NCBI GenBank assembly: GCA_031394795.1
Contig: JANNUB010000347.1
Location: 1 to 41,756, forward strand
Direction of reading: 5' to 3'
From: Ignavibacteriota bacterium
Lineage (GTDB): Bacteria > Bacteroidota > Ignavibacteria > UBA10030 > UBA6906
Length of the DNA: 41,756 bases
In this document: positions 24,278-33,300 of the stretch, one piece after another
Layout of the letters: every line of letters begins with the position of its first letter
Position numbering within the stretch: position 1 is the stretch's first letter
Position numbers and translations under genes: made by a program
Notes under the pieces: model-generated
What the model was told of the DNA's origin: nothing
What the model saw: the letters and a program-made list of their open reading frames with translations, nothing else
The model's database searches: none

Positions 24278-24520
24278 ATGGCAAAGACAATAACTGCACG
24301 AGTGAACGATCGCGTTGCCAAACGTCTTGCGAGAGAGTCGAAAGAGAGAGAGAAGACTCAATCGCAGTTGGTTGAATGGGCGCTTGAGCAATTCTTGTTC
24401 GACCCAGACGAAGGCCTTGAACTGCGACCAGAAGTTGTGAAGCGTCTCAGAAAACCAATCAATGAGTGCAAGTTCATTAGTCATGAAGAATTTTGGTCGA
24501 AGGCTTTAGCAAAGAAATAG
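24278..24520 (+). CDS. ribbon-helix-helix (CopG/antitoxin-like) protein
   Basis: MAKTITARVNDRVAKRLARESKEREKTQSQLVEWALEQFL fits the strand-helix-helix RHH pattern. 80 aa, with AGGAA upstream. Confidence 0.6.
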   Translation: MAKTITARVNDRVAKRLARESKEREKTQSQLVEWALEQFLFDPDEGLELRPEVVKRLRKPINECKFISHEEFWSKALAKK

Positions 24521-24573
24521 AATTTGCAGTCTGAACTTACCAAAGAACGATAACACAAGGAAGAAAAAATTCC

Positions 24574-26061
24574 ATGGCAAAGAAATTCAAAAACTTCATC
24601 AACGGAAAATGGCTCGAAGCGAAATCGGGAAAGACATTCGAGAACCGCAATCCTGCGAATTGGGATGAAGTGCTCGGCACGTTTCCGAAATCGGGAAAGG
24701 AAGATGTCGACGCGGCAGTGAACGCAGCGCGCAAGGCGTTCGATTCGTGGCGGCTCATGCCCGCGCCCAAACGCGGCGACATTCTTCGCAAGGTCGGCGA
24801 CTTGATGGTTGAGCGTAAGGAAGAGCTTGCGCGACAAATGACGCAAGAGATGGGAAAAGTGTTGGCGGAAACTCGCGGCGATGTGCAGGAAGGAATTGAT
24901 ACTGCATACTACGCGGCGACGGAAGGACGCCGGCTTTTCGGTCACACCGTTCCGTCGGAGCTTCCCAACAAATTCAACATGGCGTTGCGCGTTCCGATTG
25001 GTGTGGCCGGCATTGTCACGCCGTGGAATTTCCCCATGGCAATCCCGACATGGAAGATTTTCCCTGCGCTGCTTTGCGGCAACACCATTGTCTTCAAGCC
25101 CGCGTCCGATACGCCCGCGACTGCGACGGCGCTTGTCCAAATTCTTATTGACGCAGGAGTTCCCGATGGCGTTGTCAATATCGTTCACGGCGGTGGAGGC
25201 GAAGTCGGCAACGCAATCGTCAGTCATCCCGACGTGGATTTGATTAGTTTCACCGGCTCGACCGGAGTCGGGAAGAAAATTTCCGCGATCGCAAGCGACA
25301 CGTTGAAGCGAGTTTCGCTTGAACTTGGCGGCAAGAATGCGCAGCTCGTCATGCCCGACGCCGATATGGATCTTGCACTCGACGGTGTTCTTTGGGGAGC
25401 GTTCGGAACGACGGGTCAACGTTGCACGGCAACCAGTCGTTTGATTCTTCACGAGAAGATTCACGACGAATTCGTGAAGGCGCTCGTGAACCGCGTCGAA
25501 AAATTGAAGCTCGGTGATGGATTGAAGAAAGGGGTCGAAGTCGGTCCGTGCGTGAATGAAGGTCAGCGCAAAACCGTTCAGTCGTATGTGGAGATTGGAT
25601 TGGAACAAGGCGCGAAGCTTGTTGCCGGCGGAGAGATTCCGACAGGCGCAGACATGAAGAAAGGCTGGTTCTACAAGCCAACGGTATTCTCACACGTGAA
25701 GCCCGAGCATCGCATAGCAAAAGAAGAAATCTTCGGTCCCGTCCTTTCCGTTATCAAAACAACATCGCTGGATGATGGAGTGAAAATTCTGAACGACACA
25801 ATTTACGGTTTGTCATCCTCCGTGTACACGAAGAATATCAACGGCGCGTTCCGCGCCATCCGCGATATCAAAGCGGGAATCACCTACATCAACGCCCCGA
25901 CGATCGGAGCCGAAGCGCATATGCCGTTTGGCGGCGTGAAGCAAACGGGCAACGGACACCGCGAAGGGGGCTGGACGGTGTACGAGTTCTTCAGCGAATG
26001 GAAAACCGTGTACGTGGATTATAGCGGCGGGTTACAGCGCGCACAAATAGATAACTACTAA
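24574..26061 (+). CDS. NAD(P)-dependent aldehyde dehydrogenase; by context possibly alpha-aminoadipic semialdehyde (piperideine-6-carboxylate) dehydrogenase
   Basis: ALDH hallmarks: FPMAIPTWK, FKPASDTP, FTGSTGVGKKI, LELGGKN, catalytic-Cys context GQRCTA, EEIFGPV. The substrate call is inference from the adjacent lat gene. Confidence 0.85.
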   Translation: MAKKFKNFINGKWLEAKSGKTFENRNPANWDEVLGTFPKSGKEDVDAAVNAARKAFDSWRLMPAPKRGDILRKVGDLMVERKEELARQMTQEMGKVLAETRGDVQEGIDTAYYAATEGRRLFGHTVPSELPNKFNMALRVPIGVAGIVTPWNFPMAIPTWKIFPALLCGNTIVFKPASDTPATATALVQILIDAGVPDGVVNIVHGGGGEVGNAIVSHPDVDLISFTGSTGVGKKISAIASDTLKRVSLELGGKNAQLVMPDADMDLALDGVLWGAFGTTGQRCTATSRLILHEKIHDEFVKALVNRVEKLKLGDGLKKGVEVGPCVNEGQRKTVQSYVEIGLEQGAKLVAGGEIPTGADMKKGWFYKPTVFSHVKPEHRIAKEEIFGPVLSVIKTTSLDDGVKILNDTIYGLSSSVYTKNINGAFRAIRDIKAGITYINAPTIGAEAHMPFGGVKQTGNGHREGGWTVYEFFSEWKTVYVDYSGGLQRAQIDNY

Positions 26062-26195
26062 GTCGTACATTGTATCCATGCGCTGCAACGAAGCCATATT
26101 GATTTGTCTCTACGAACACAATGAGTTCTTCTGATCGTTTCATGATGTGAGTTTTATCGTGTTAATAACATCAATGAACAAAAAGGAGAATTCTT

Positions 26196-27533
26196 ATGTC
26201 AACTACAGTGGCGCAACGCGCAGTTGTTCTGCCGGAACAGGTATTGCAGTCCCTTGGCAAGCACATGCTTGTGGACGGGTTCGATATTGTCATCGACAAT
26301 CACAAGAGCCAGGGTTCGTACATTGTTGATGCGAAAACAGGAAAGAAGTATCTCGATTTCTTTACCTTCGTCGCATCAAATCCTATCGGGATGAATCATC
26401 CCAAGCTGACCGACCCGCTGTTTCTTGCACGGCTTGCCAGCGTCGCAGTGAACAAGCCATCGCTTTCCGACATCTATACTCAAGAGCAGGCGGAATTTGT
26501 CGCGACGTTTTCGCGCGTCGCAATGCCGTCGTACTTGCCCCATGCCTTTTTTGTCGAAGGCGGAGCGCTCGGCGTTGAGAACACTCTCAAGGCTGCATTC
26601 GATTGGAAGATCAGGAAAAATATTGCAAAGGGCTATCGCGAAGAAAAAGGGACGCAAGTGATCCACTTCCGTCAAGCGTTTCACGGCCGGACGGGTTACA
26701 CGCTATCGTTGACAAACACCGACCCGGTGAAGACGGCGCTCTATCCGAAATTCAAGTGGCCTCGTATTCACAACCCCGCAATGCGATTCCCCCAGAACGA
26801 GGAAAACCTTGCGCAGGTCAAGATGGAGGAAGCGCTGGCGATCAAACAGATCACGCAGGCGTTCTTAGACAACCGCGACGATATTGCGGCGATTATCATC
26901 GAAGCCGTGCAAGGGGAAGGCGGAGACAACCAGTTCAGAAAAGAATTCTTCGTCGCGCTCCGTCAACTCGCGGATGAGAATGACGCAATGCTGATCATTG
27001 ATGAAGTGCAGACGGGCATCGGCCTCACGGGAAAAATGTGGGGACACCAACACTACATCGAGCCCGACATGATCGCTTTCGGGAAGAAGACTCAGGTGTG
27101 CGGCTTTCTCTGTGGACGGCGAATCGAAGAAGTTGAGCAGAATGTTTTTGCCGTTCCGAGCCGCATCAACTCAACGTGGGGTGGAAACATCGTGGATATG
27201 GTGCGGTCGCAGCGATACCTCGAAGTTATTGAAGAGGAAAACCTCGTGGAGAATGCCCGGGCGATGGGAGAGTACTTAGTCGAGAACTTGGAGCATCTTT
27301 CCGGGGAGTTTCCACATCTTGTCTCGAATGCGCGAGGGCTTGGATTGTTCGCAGCGTTTGATCTTCCCAATGCCGAAATTCGGACGAACGTGAAAAATGC
27401 CTGCTTGGAAAAAGGTCTTATCATTCTTCCGAGCGGTGAAAAGTCCATTCGGTTCAGGCCGCCGCTGAACATTTCGAGGGAGGAAGTTGACCTCGCATTG
27501 ACAATTATTCGCTCCTCGCTCAAGGGAACGTGA
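26196..27533 (+). CDS. lat: L-lysine 6-transaminase (class III aminotransferase)
   Basis: The N-terminus LGKHMLVDGFDIVIDNHKSQGSYIVDAKTGKKYLDFFTFVASNPIGMNHP is characteristic of LAT. FHGRTGYTLSLTN and IIDEVQTGIGLTGKMW are also present. AAGGAG lies upstream. Confidence 0.8.
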   Translation: MSTTVAQRAVVLPEQVLQSLGKHMLVDGFDIVIDNHKSQGSYIVDAKTGKKYLDFFTFVASNPIGMNHPKLTDPLFLARLASVAVNKPSLSDIYTQEQAEFVATFSRVAMPSYLPHAFFVEGGALGVENTLKAAFDWKIRKNIAKGYREEKGTQVIHFRQAFHGRTGYTLSLTNTDPVKTALYPKFKWPRIHNPAMRFPQNEENLAQVKMEEALAIKQITQAFLDNRDDIAAIIIEAVQGEGGDNQFRKEFFVALRQLADENDAMLIIDEVQTGIGLTGKMWGHQHYIEPDMIAFGKKTQVCGFLCGRRIEEVEQNVFAVPSRINSTWGGNIVDMVRSQRYLEVIEEENLVENARAMGEYLVENLEHLSGEFPHLVSNARGLGLFAAFDLPNAEIRTNVKNACLEKGLIILPSGEKSIRFRPPLNISREEVDLALTIIRSSLKGT

Positions 27534-27545
27534 AGCACAAATGTA

Positions 27546-27578
27546 AAAGCCCTTGTGCGAAATACGCGCAAGGGCTTT
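27546..27578. terminator. hairpin between convergent genes (possible bidirectional terminator)
   Basis: AAAGCCCTTGTGCG aaata CGCGCAAGGGCTTT, a 14-bp stem with one G.U pair. The flanking U tracts are short. Confidence 0.55.
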
Positions 27579-27597
27579 ACAGTTGGTTCACCTTGGA

Positions 27598-28071
27598 TTA
27601 GCGATCTTCGTCCGCCAGAAGAGAGCTGCCTACGATGCTCAGCGTCGAGACCTCCGCCGCGTCGCCATAGAGTGAAAACTCGATGCGCAGCTTTGCAGAG
27701 CGGGCTGCAAGCTCGTATTCCACCGGAATGATCACAACGCCTTCTTCGGACACGCCTGATTGTTCCGACTTCTCAGCAATGTCTGCCCGATATTTCCCAG
27801 CGACACTTTGCACGGACAGTTCCGCGCTTTGGAAGAATGAATAGTCCGTCTTATTTCTTGCTGCCTGGTAGAAAATAGTTCCGCTGACCAGGAATTCTTC
27901 GCCGGTCAAAGGGTCACCGACGACGGTGTTTACCTCGATAACCGATGACAGAACAGAAGAGGTGGACATCTTGTTCGATTCCAGAGCCGGCGAGTTGACG
28001 GAAGATTGATCGGTGCAACCGATCAAGAGGCTGCCTGCAATAGCCGCTGTTGCGATGATGTGTAGTTTCAT
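27598..28071 (-). CDS. lipoprotein of unknown function
   Basis: The ORF is open from 28134, but ATG 28071 gives MKLHIIATAAIAGSLLIGC with a lipobox (LIGC). No recognisable domain. Confidence 0.6.
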   Translation of the reverse strand: MKLHIIATAAIAGSLLIGCTDQSSVNSPALESNKMSTSSVLSSVIEVNTVVGDPLTGEEFLVSGTIFYQAARNKTDYSFFQSAELSVQSVAGKYRADIAEKSEQSGVSEEGVVIIPVEYELAARSAKLRIEFSLYGDAAEVSTLSIVGSSLLADEDR

Positions 28072-28319
28072 CTTGTTCCCTTTATTTTGATTTGACATAT
28101 GACCCTTTAGCCAGATTAGTTCAGTTCTGTTCAATGACCTAGCGAAAGATATGCCAAATGAAAAGTGGCGGCAGAGCTATAGAATCGAGGGCTTTTGCAA
28201 TGGAGAATCGCATCGGGGGTGGAGCAACATCGGCGCGCACCCGTCGTGCGCGAAGTCAATTGTAGAATTCGGCTATTCGAGTCGAGGAAGGATTGACGAA
28301 CGATAGCGTCTGCCGCGGT

Positions 28320-30152
28320 TCAGCGAAGGAGAAGCATTTTCTTTATTGCAGTAAACCCGCCCGCATTCAGCCGATAGAAGTAGATACCGCTTGCCATCTT
28401 CTCCGCATTCCATTCAACCGTGTAACTCCCCGTCCCTTTCTGCTCGTTGACAAGCACTGCGACTTCTCCTCCCAACAGATCAAACACCTTCAGACTTACT
28501 AATGACGAATGACCAATGACAAATGACATCTTCGTCGTTGGGTTAAACGGATTCGGAAAGTTCTGATGAAGAACAAAATCATCCGGATGATTTGCTGCAA
28601 GCGGAACCGAAGTCGGAGTGCGGCGTGTCAATTGGAAACCATCAATGCCGACGAAATCTCCGTTGGGGTTCCCCAAGCCGCTCCTGTAGAGGAGATAACG
28701 GAACGCAACGCGAACAGTAGAGTTCGAAGGCAAGTTTAGCCCGTACGCTTTTCGCGTCCAGCCTGTCTTGGGAACTGCGAAGTACTCCAACACTATCGAG
28801 AAGCTCGATGTGTCCGCGCCGGAAGTCGAGATGAGAATCATCAGCGAATCGGGATAGTTGACTGCAGGAGGTCGGCTCGAATGTGATCGAACCCAGAACA
28901 CGACGGAATCCAACCGATTCGCTTGTCCGACCCCGGCAATGGGCGGTGTGATAAGATAATCGTCGAGGTACGCTCCGTTCGCGCGCTGGAAGTTGTTTGC
29001 CGCGAAGCCTGTTCCTTCGAGCGGCAGAAATGCCGACGTATCGGCTCCACGGAACCATGGCGCGAGTGATCCGCCATCCCGATTGATGACAGTCCAACCC
29101 GCCGGCGGGAACGGACCATCGAATGATTCGTAGAAGACCGTCGCGGTATCGAGCACAAGCAGCGTCGCGTGCATTGTGTCGTTGTCCGGGTTTCTATCGG
29201 AGGAAAGGCTCGTCCATGCAGTGAACGTGTGCAATCCGGCGGTAGGATTCTGCCATGAGAGCGTCACCGTATCGAGTCCGAACCGGGCAAGGAGAGGCCT
29301 GCCCGCGGACGATGGCTGCCGTTGTCCGTTTATGAGCCATGGTACCTGGTACGACGGCTCATTGAATGTTCCGTAATTTCTGACAACTGTTTTGAGAGTA
29401 AATGGAGGGCGCAGAAGAACTCCCGAAGAGCGCGGTTCTTCTTTATCGCCTTTGCCGCCGGATCGCGGCGACGTACGAACAGGCGCCTCTTGGGCAACAG
29501 TCGGCGGGCTTGGGGTGAGAGGTGAGAAGAGCTTCACCATGCCGAGATCGTGGAACGATGAATCGGCAACCCTGAACTCGTCAATATAGATGTTATTGCC
29601 GTATCCACTGACGCTTCGCAGACTGAGAAATATCCGGTTTCCTCCAAAGGGAAAAAGAGTGACGCGCTCCCTCTTCCAGCCGTTTGTAACGCTCGACCTT
29701 CTCAATGCCAGCAGCACGGTCCATGGGCCGGCAATACTGTCGCCGGTTGTCGCTTCGACATACACCGAATCGTATCTCGCAATGTACTCGTCATCGTGAT
29801 ACATCGAGAAGGTCAGGAACGCGTCTGCAGATGATGGCAGGAACAACCCCGGAGAAGTCAATCGCGATTGTTCACCTGACGATGCATCGAACGAATTGAA
29901 CTTTGCCTGGCCCGTTCCTGCGAACGGGTTCACGGTTGGATTCGAGCCTTGACCGACGAAGTTCCAGTTGGCAAGCGTTCCCGAAATTCGCCGGACGTTC
30001 CAGCCGGCGGGGAGTGAGAGGGAATTGAATCCTTCATGGAGATAGACTGCGTCGTTCGTCTCACTCGACACTGCTTCGTTCGTCCCCGCAATGAGGGAAG
30101 CAGAGTGAAGGAGAAAGAATGTAATGACTGAGATCGTTCGCGACATGACCAT
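28320..30152 (-). CDS. T9SS cargo protein with two choice-of-anchor-J/MAM-like modules and type-A CTD
   Basis: The start is ATG 30152 or 30146 (MVMSRTISVITFFLLHSASLIAG). The 30 codons further upstream in the ORF track are translation of a palindromic element. Repeated motif LHEGFNSLSLPAGWNV / FYESFDGPFPPAGWTVINRDGG. CTD HQNFPNPFNPTT .. SGIYFYRL .. IKKMLLLR. Confidence 0.8.
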   Translation of the reverse strand: MVMSRTISVITFFLLHSASLIAGTNEAVSSETNDAVYLHEGFNSLSLPAGWNVRRISGTLANWNFVGQGSNPTVNPFAGTGQAKFNSFDASSGEQSRLTSPGLFLPSSADAFLTFSMYHDDEYIARYDSVYVEATTGDSIAGPWTVLLALRRSSVTNGWKRERVTLFPFGGNRIFLSLRSVSGYGNNIYIDEFRVADSSFHDLGMVKLFSPLTPSPPTVAQEAPVRTSPRSGGKGDKEEPRSSGVLLRPPFTLKTVVRNYGTFNEPSYQVPWLINGQRQPSSAGRPLLARFGLDTVTLSWQNPTAGLHTFTAWTSLSSDRNPDNDTMHATLLVLDTATVFYESFDGPFPPAGWTVINRDGGSLAPWFRGADTSAFLPLEGTGFAANNFQRANGAYLDDYLITPPIAGVGQANRLDSVVFWVRSHSSRPPAVNYPDSLMILISTSGADTSSFSIVLEYFAVPKTGWTRKAYGLNLPSNSTVRVAFRYLLYRSGLGNPNGDFVGIDGFQLTRRTPTSVPLAANHPDDFVLHQNFPNPFNPTTKMSFVIGHSSLVSLKVFDLLGGEVAVLVNEQKGTGSYTVEWNAEKMASGIYFYRLNAGGFTAIKKMLLLR

Positions 30153-30211
30153 CGTCCCCGAATGAGAGTTAAGAGTGGAAGCCACGTGCAATATATCAAA
30201 AAAAAACAAAC

Positions 30212-30260
30212 AGATGACCGTCACCCCCCCCGCGCATGCCATCGCAGGTGACGGTCATCT
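30212..30260. repeat. 49-nt palindromic element, copy A (14-bp arms AGATGACCGTCACC / GGTGACGGTCATCT, 21-nt loop)
   Basis: Read directly. Perfect 14-bp inverted arms around ccccccgcgcatgccatcgca. Confidence 0.9.
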
Positions 30261-30261
30261 C

Positions 30262-30303
30262 GAAAACAAAAAGGCTCTGCCCGAAAGAATCGAGCAGAGC
30301 CTT
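30262..30303 (-). terminator. rho-independent terminator of 30358-34176
   Basis: On the minus strand: AAGGCTCTGC tcgattctttcgg GCAGAGCCTT followed by TTTTTGTTTTC. Confidence 0.7.
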
Positions 30304-30307
30304 TGAA

Positions 30308-30355
30308 AGATGACCGTCACCTTCCCGCGCGTTGCATCGCAGGTGACGGTCATCT
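30308..30355. repeat. 48-nt palindromic element, copy B (identical 14-bp arms, 20-nt loop)
   Basis: AGATGACCGTCACC ttcccgcgcgttgcatcgca GGTGACGGTCATCT. It ends 2 nt from the stop codon of 30358-34176. Confidence 0.9.
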
Positions 30356-30357
30356 GC

Positions 30358-33300
30358 TTACTTCAGCAACAGCGCTTTCTTCAAGCTGTTGAACGACGAA
30401 CCGCCATTGACAGACAACGCCTCGATGCGGTAGAAGTACACGCCGCTCGCGACTTGCGCGCCCGCGTCGTTGCGACCGTTCCATCGTGCATCGTAGAAGC
30501 CTGCACTCTGCACTTCATTCGTCAACTCCGCGACCCGCTGTCCGAGCACGTTGTAGATGCTCAGGTTCACATGAGCCGCTTCAGGCAGCGCGTAGCGAAT
30601 CGTTGTTGACGGGTTGAAGGGGTTCGGATAGTTCTGGTCGAGGGCGAATACCAACGGAATACCTGCCGTCGGATCCGGTACGCTCACCAGCACGACGTTA
30701 ATCGTGTTCCCTAACCGCTGCACCCATGCGCGCTGCGCTGCTCGTGCGGCGGCAACGGCATTGGCGAGAGAGGTTCCGCCGAACATCGCAAAGCCACCAC
30801 GCTTTGTCGCTCCTGCTGCAACGGAATATGGTCCAACACCAAAGACTTGTGCCTGGTCCACATTTGCTCCTGCATCGCCATTGGGATTCGTGGCGCGGTT
30901 GCTGATCATGTAGCGCCACTTGTCGCCGTTGGTCATACGCGGCGGATAGACTTCCGTCGAAGAAATTGCGATGCGTCTTCCGCGGAATCGGTTCTCGTGC
31001 AGCGGCACGATGCCCATCCAGCTATTGGGCGAGGCGCCTTGATGCAATTCCAGCATATCAAACGCGAAGGGATTGCCGCTATTGACGCCGGGAATCGTGT
31101 TCGTCGAATCGACGACGACACTGCCGCGATCCTGTGCGTTCGCGGGGTTCACATCCCAGTCGAAAAATCCGCCGGCGTGGAGCGTTGTCCATGGGGTTGC
31201 CGAGGTATTGGTGATGTCAATCTCAAAAATCAGGAAGTTGTTGAGTCCGGTAGTGTCCCAACTGATGGTTCGCTGATTGATGCGGGCACCGAATGGCGTT
31301 TCCGCCAACGAGTCTGTAAAGGATGTCGTCATAGTTGTTCTAACGCCAGTCGTTGCGGAGTCTATAGCAGACAGGAATTTGAAGTCAGCGTCGAACGCTT
31401 CGGGGTTTGCATTATTGCGCGCTCCGTCGGAGACTCGAACTGAGTCAAGTCCAACCAGCATCGCACCCTCGAACAAGCGTTGTGTTCCAAGCGGGTTGAA
31501 CTGGAAGCCGCTGCCAGGTCCTGTCCCGACGAACGCGTTCAGTGAGCCAATGGTACCTTCGTTCGTGACAGATGCTCGGAATGCAGACGTCACGTGGTCC
31601 TTAAACTGTTCAGTTGCCGCTGGCGTAGTGAATGGACTGAACTCATCCGCGCCGATATCCGGCGTTGTCGCGTTGCGCGTTTGGCCATCATAGTCCGTTG
31701 CAATGCCGGCAATCGGTGTTGCGCCGCCGTTGATGGGCGTTGCTATTGTTGAGTCAATGTGCAGGTCAGGCGATCTGAAATTCGGCGCAACGCTGATGCT
31801 GTTCGCATCTCCGCCGCTGCCTGTCTGCCAATTAGCGAGCGTCGTGTAGTTCGTTGTCGTAATCGCGCCGACATGCGTGCCCGCTTGTGTTGCCGCGAAC
31901 AGGTCGTTATAGTTCGATGAGAAGATTCCTGCTGTTGCGTTGGCGGAATAAAATGCAAGCGACCGTCCCGCGCCTGTTGTTGTCTTGGTAACATTGGAGA
32001 TGTTGTTCCGCCACACCAGGCCCGCAATGCTCGTCGAGGTAGAGGTAATAGCCAAGCCGGCGTTTATGATGCCAGTGGGGTCGGCACCGGTCAATGAAAC
32101 CGAGTTGTATGCGATGGTGTCTCGGATACCCACGCCGGCACTGATGCCAACAAGAGTTCCTGTCGTGGCCGTGGAAGTATAGTCGAGACCGTACACCATG
32201 TTGTTGTATATTCTGGTACGTGTCGTATCACCCGTTGCGCCGCCGGAGTTGATTCCATACACGACAGCGGCAGTTGTACCCCTCGTGCCCAAGTCATAAA
32301 CGATATTATTCCAAATTCGGGTTCCCAGATGCTTGGTTTGTGCTGTAAGGGCGATAACACTTCCCGCTACGGATCGCCTGATGGTCCGGATCGTGTTGCC
32401 CGAGACTATGGTTCCGACTCCATATTGCACGACGATGCCGGCTTGTTGTACCGAATCGCCTGGCGCGCCGATCCGATTGTTCATGATCCTGTTTCCATTT
32501 CCCATCACTGTTGCCGTGCCTGCACCGACCATGAAGATACCATTGAAGCCCCTTCCAAAGAACATGTTCTCGACCAAGTTGCTGTCAGGCGCCGCGAGTG
32601 AGGCTGGAACCGCCGTCATGACTAGAGACGTGGAGCCTGGCGAGCTTCTCATGGTGAAGTTCCTGAGGATATTATTATCGGCGTTGCCCTCAAGTATCAT
32701 CACACCACCGGTGGTGGGGGAGGTATTCTCCATTGTTAAGCTGGTTCCACCTGTACCAATACCATCAATAGTGATCCAGCTTGCATTCAGCAGGCGAATG
32801 AGATGCACACCCACGCCTGTGATTTTGACATTCCTCCCAGCTGCGGGTCGGAACGTAATCCTATTCGTCGCGCTTGCCCCGACAATCGGGCCGTTCAACG
32901 TGTAAGCCGGAATAACCGACGCCACTTCGGCAACATCGCGATAGCGAGATGGAAGCGCAATTGGTTCTCCGGAGGGACCGAACGTCTGTTCGGCTTCAAT
33001 CACGCCTATCATCAGGCTGCCCTGTGCAGCGTACGACGTGTCTATGAAATTGAATACTACCGGACCTGCTATTCCATCAAGCGTCAACTTGTTGCCCACA
33101 GAGTCAATCGAGGGGAAGTTGCCGCCTGTACCCACCGTGTACGTGCCGCCAGCGAGCGGATTCTGAACAAGATAACTAAACACGGTCGGCGGAGCCGTAG
33201 AGCCTGGTGGATTTATTCCAGAGCCTCCTGCAGGAAGAGTGGCAATGTTGTTTTGCGGTGACGCATCTTGAGCGCCGAAATAGTATTGCACAATTGATCC

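Noticed and set aside
26147-26329. 60-aa ORF spanning the ALDH/lat intergenic region and the lat start.
   Set aside because: It is out of frame with lat and overlaps lat's well-conserved N-terminus. It has no motif support, and the AAGGAG Shine-Dalgarno serves the lat ATG at 26196.
13847-28071. The central block as an integrated mobile element or prophage separating two cargo islands.
   Set aside because: It consists of core metabolism (trans-sulfuration, ldh, plsY, htrA, purB, lysine catabolism) with native-looking composition. There is no integrase, transposase, tRNA target or flanking direct repeats. Only the small TA remnant and the ATPase-RHH pair look acquired.
30153-30242. The N-terminal 30 codons of ORF-track entry 28320-30242 (MACAGGVTVICLFFF..) and the whole of 30310-30609 (+, MTVTFPRVASQVTVICLL..).
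   Set aside because: Both begin inside the palindromic elements A and B, so the near-identical peptides are mirror translations of the same 14-mer arms. A proper signal peptide and an SD-like GGGGA precede ATG 30152/30146. 30310-30609 is antisense to a CTD.
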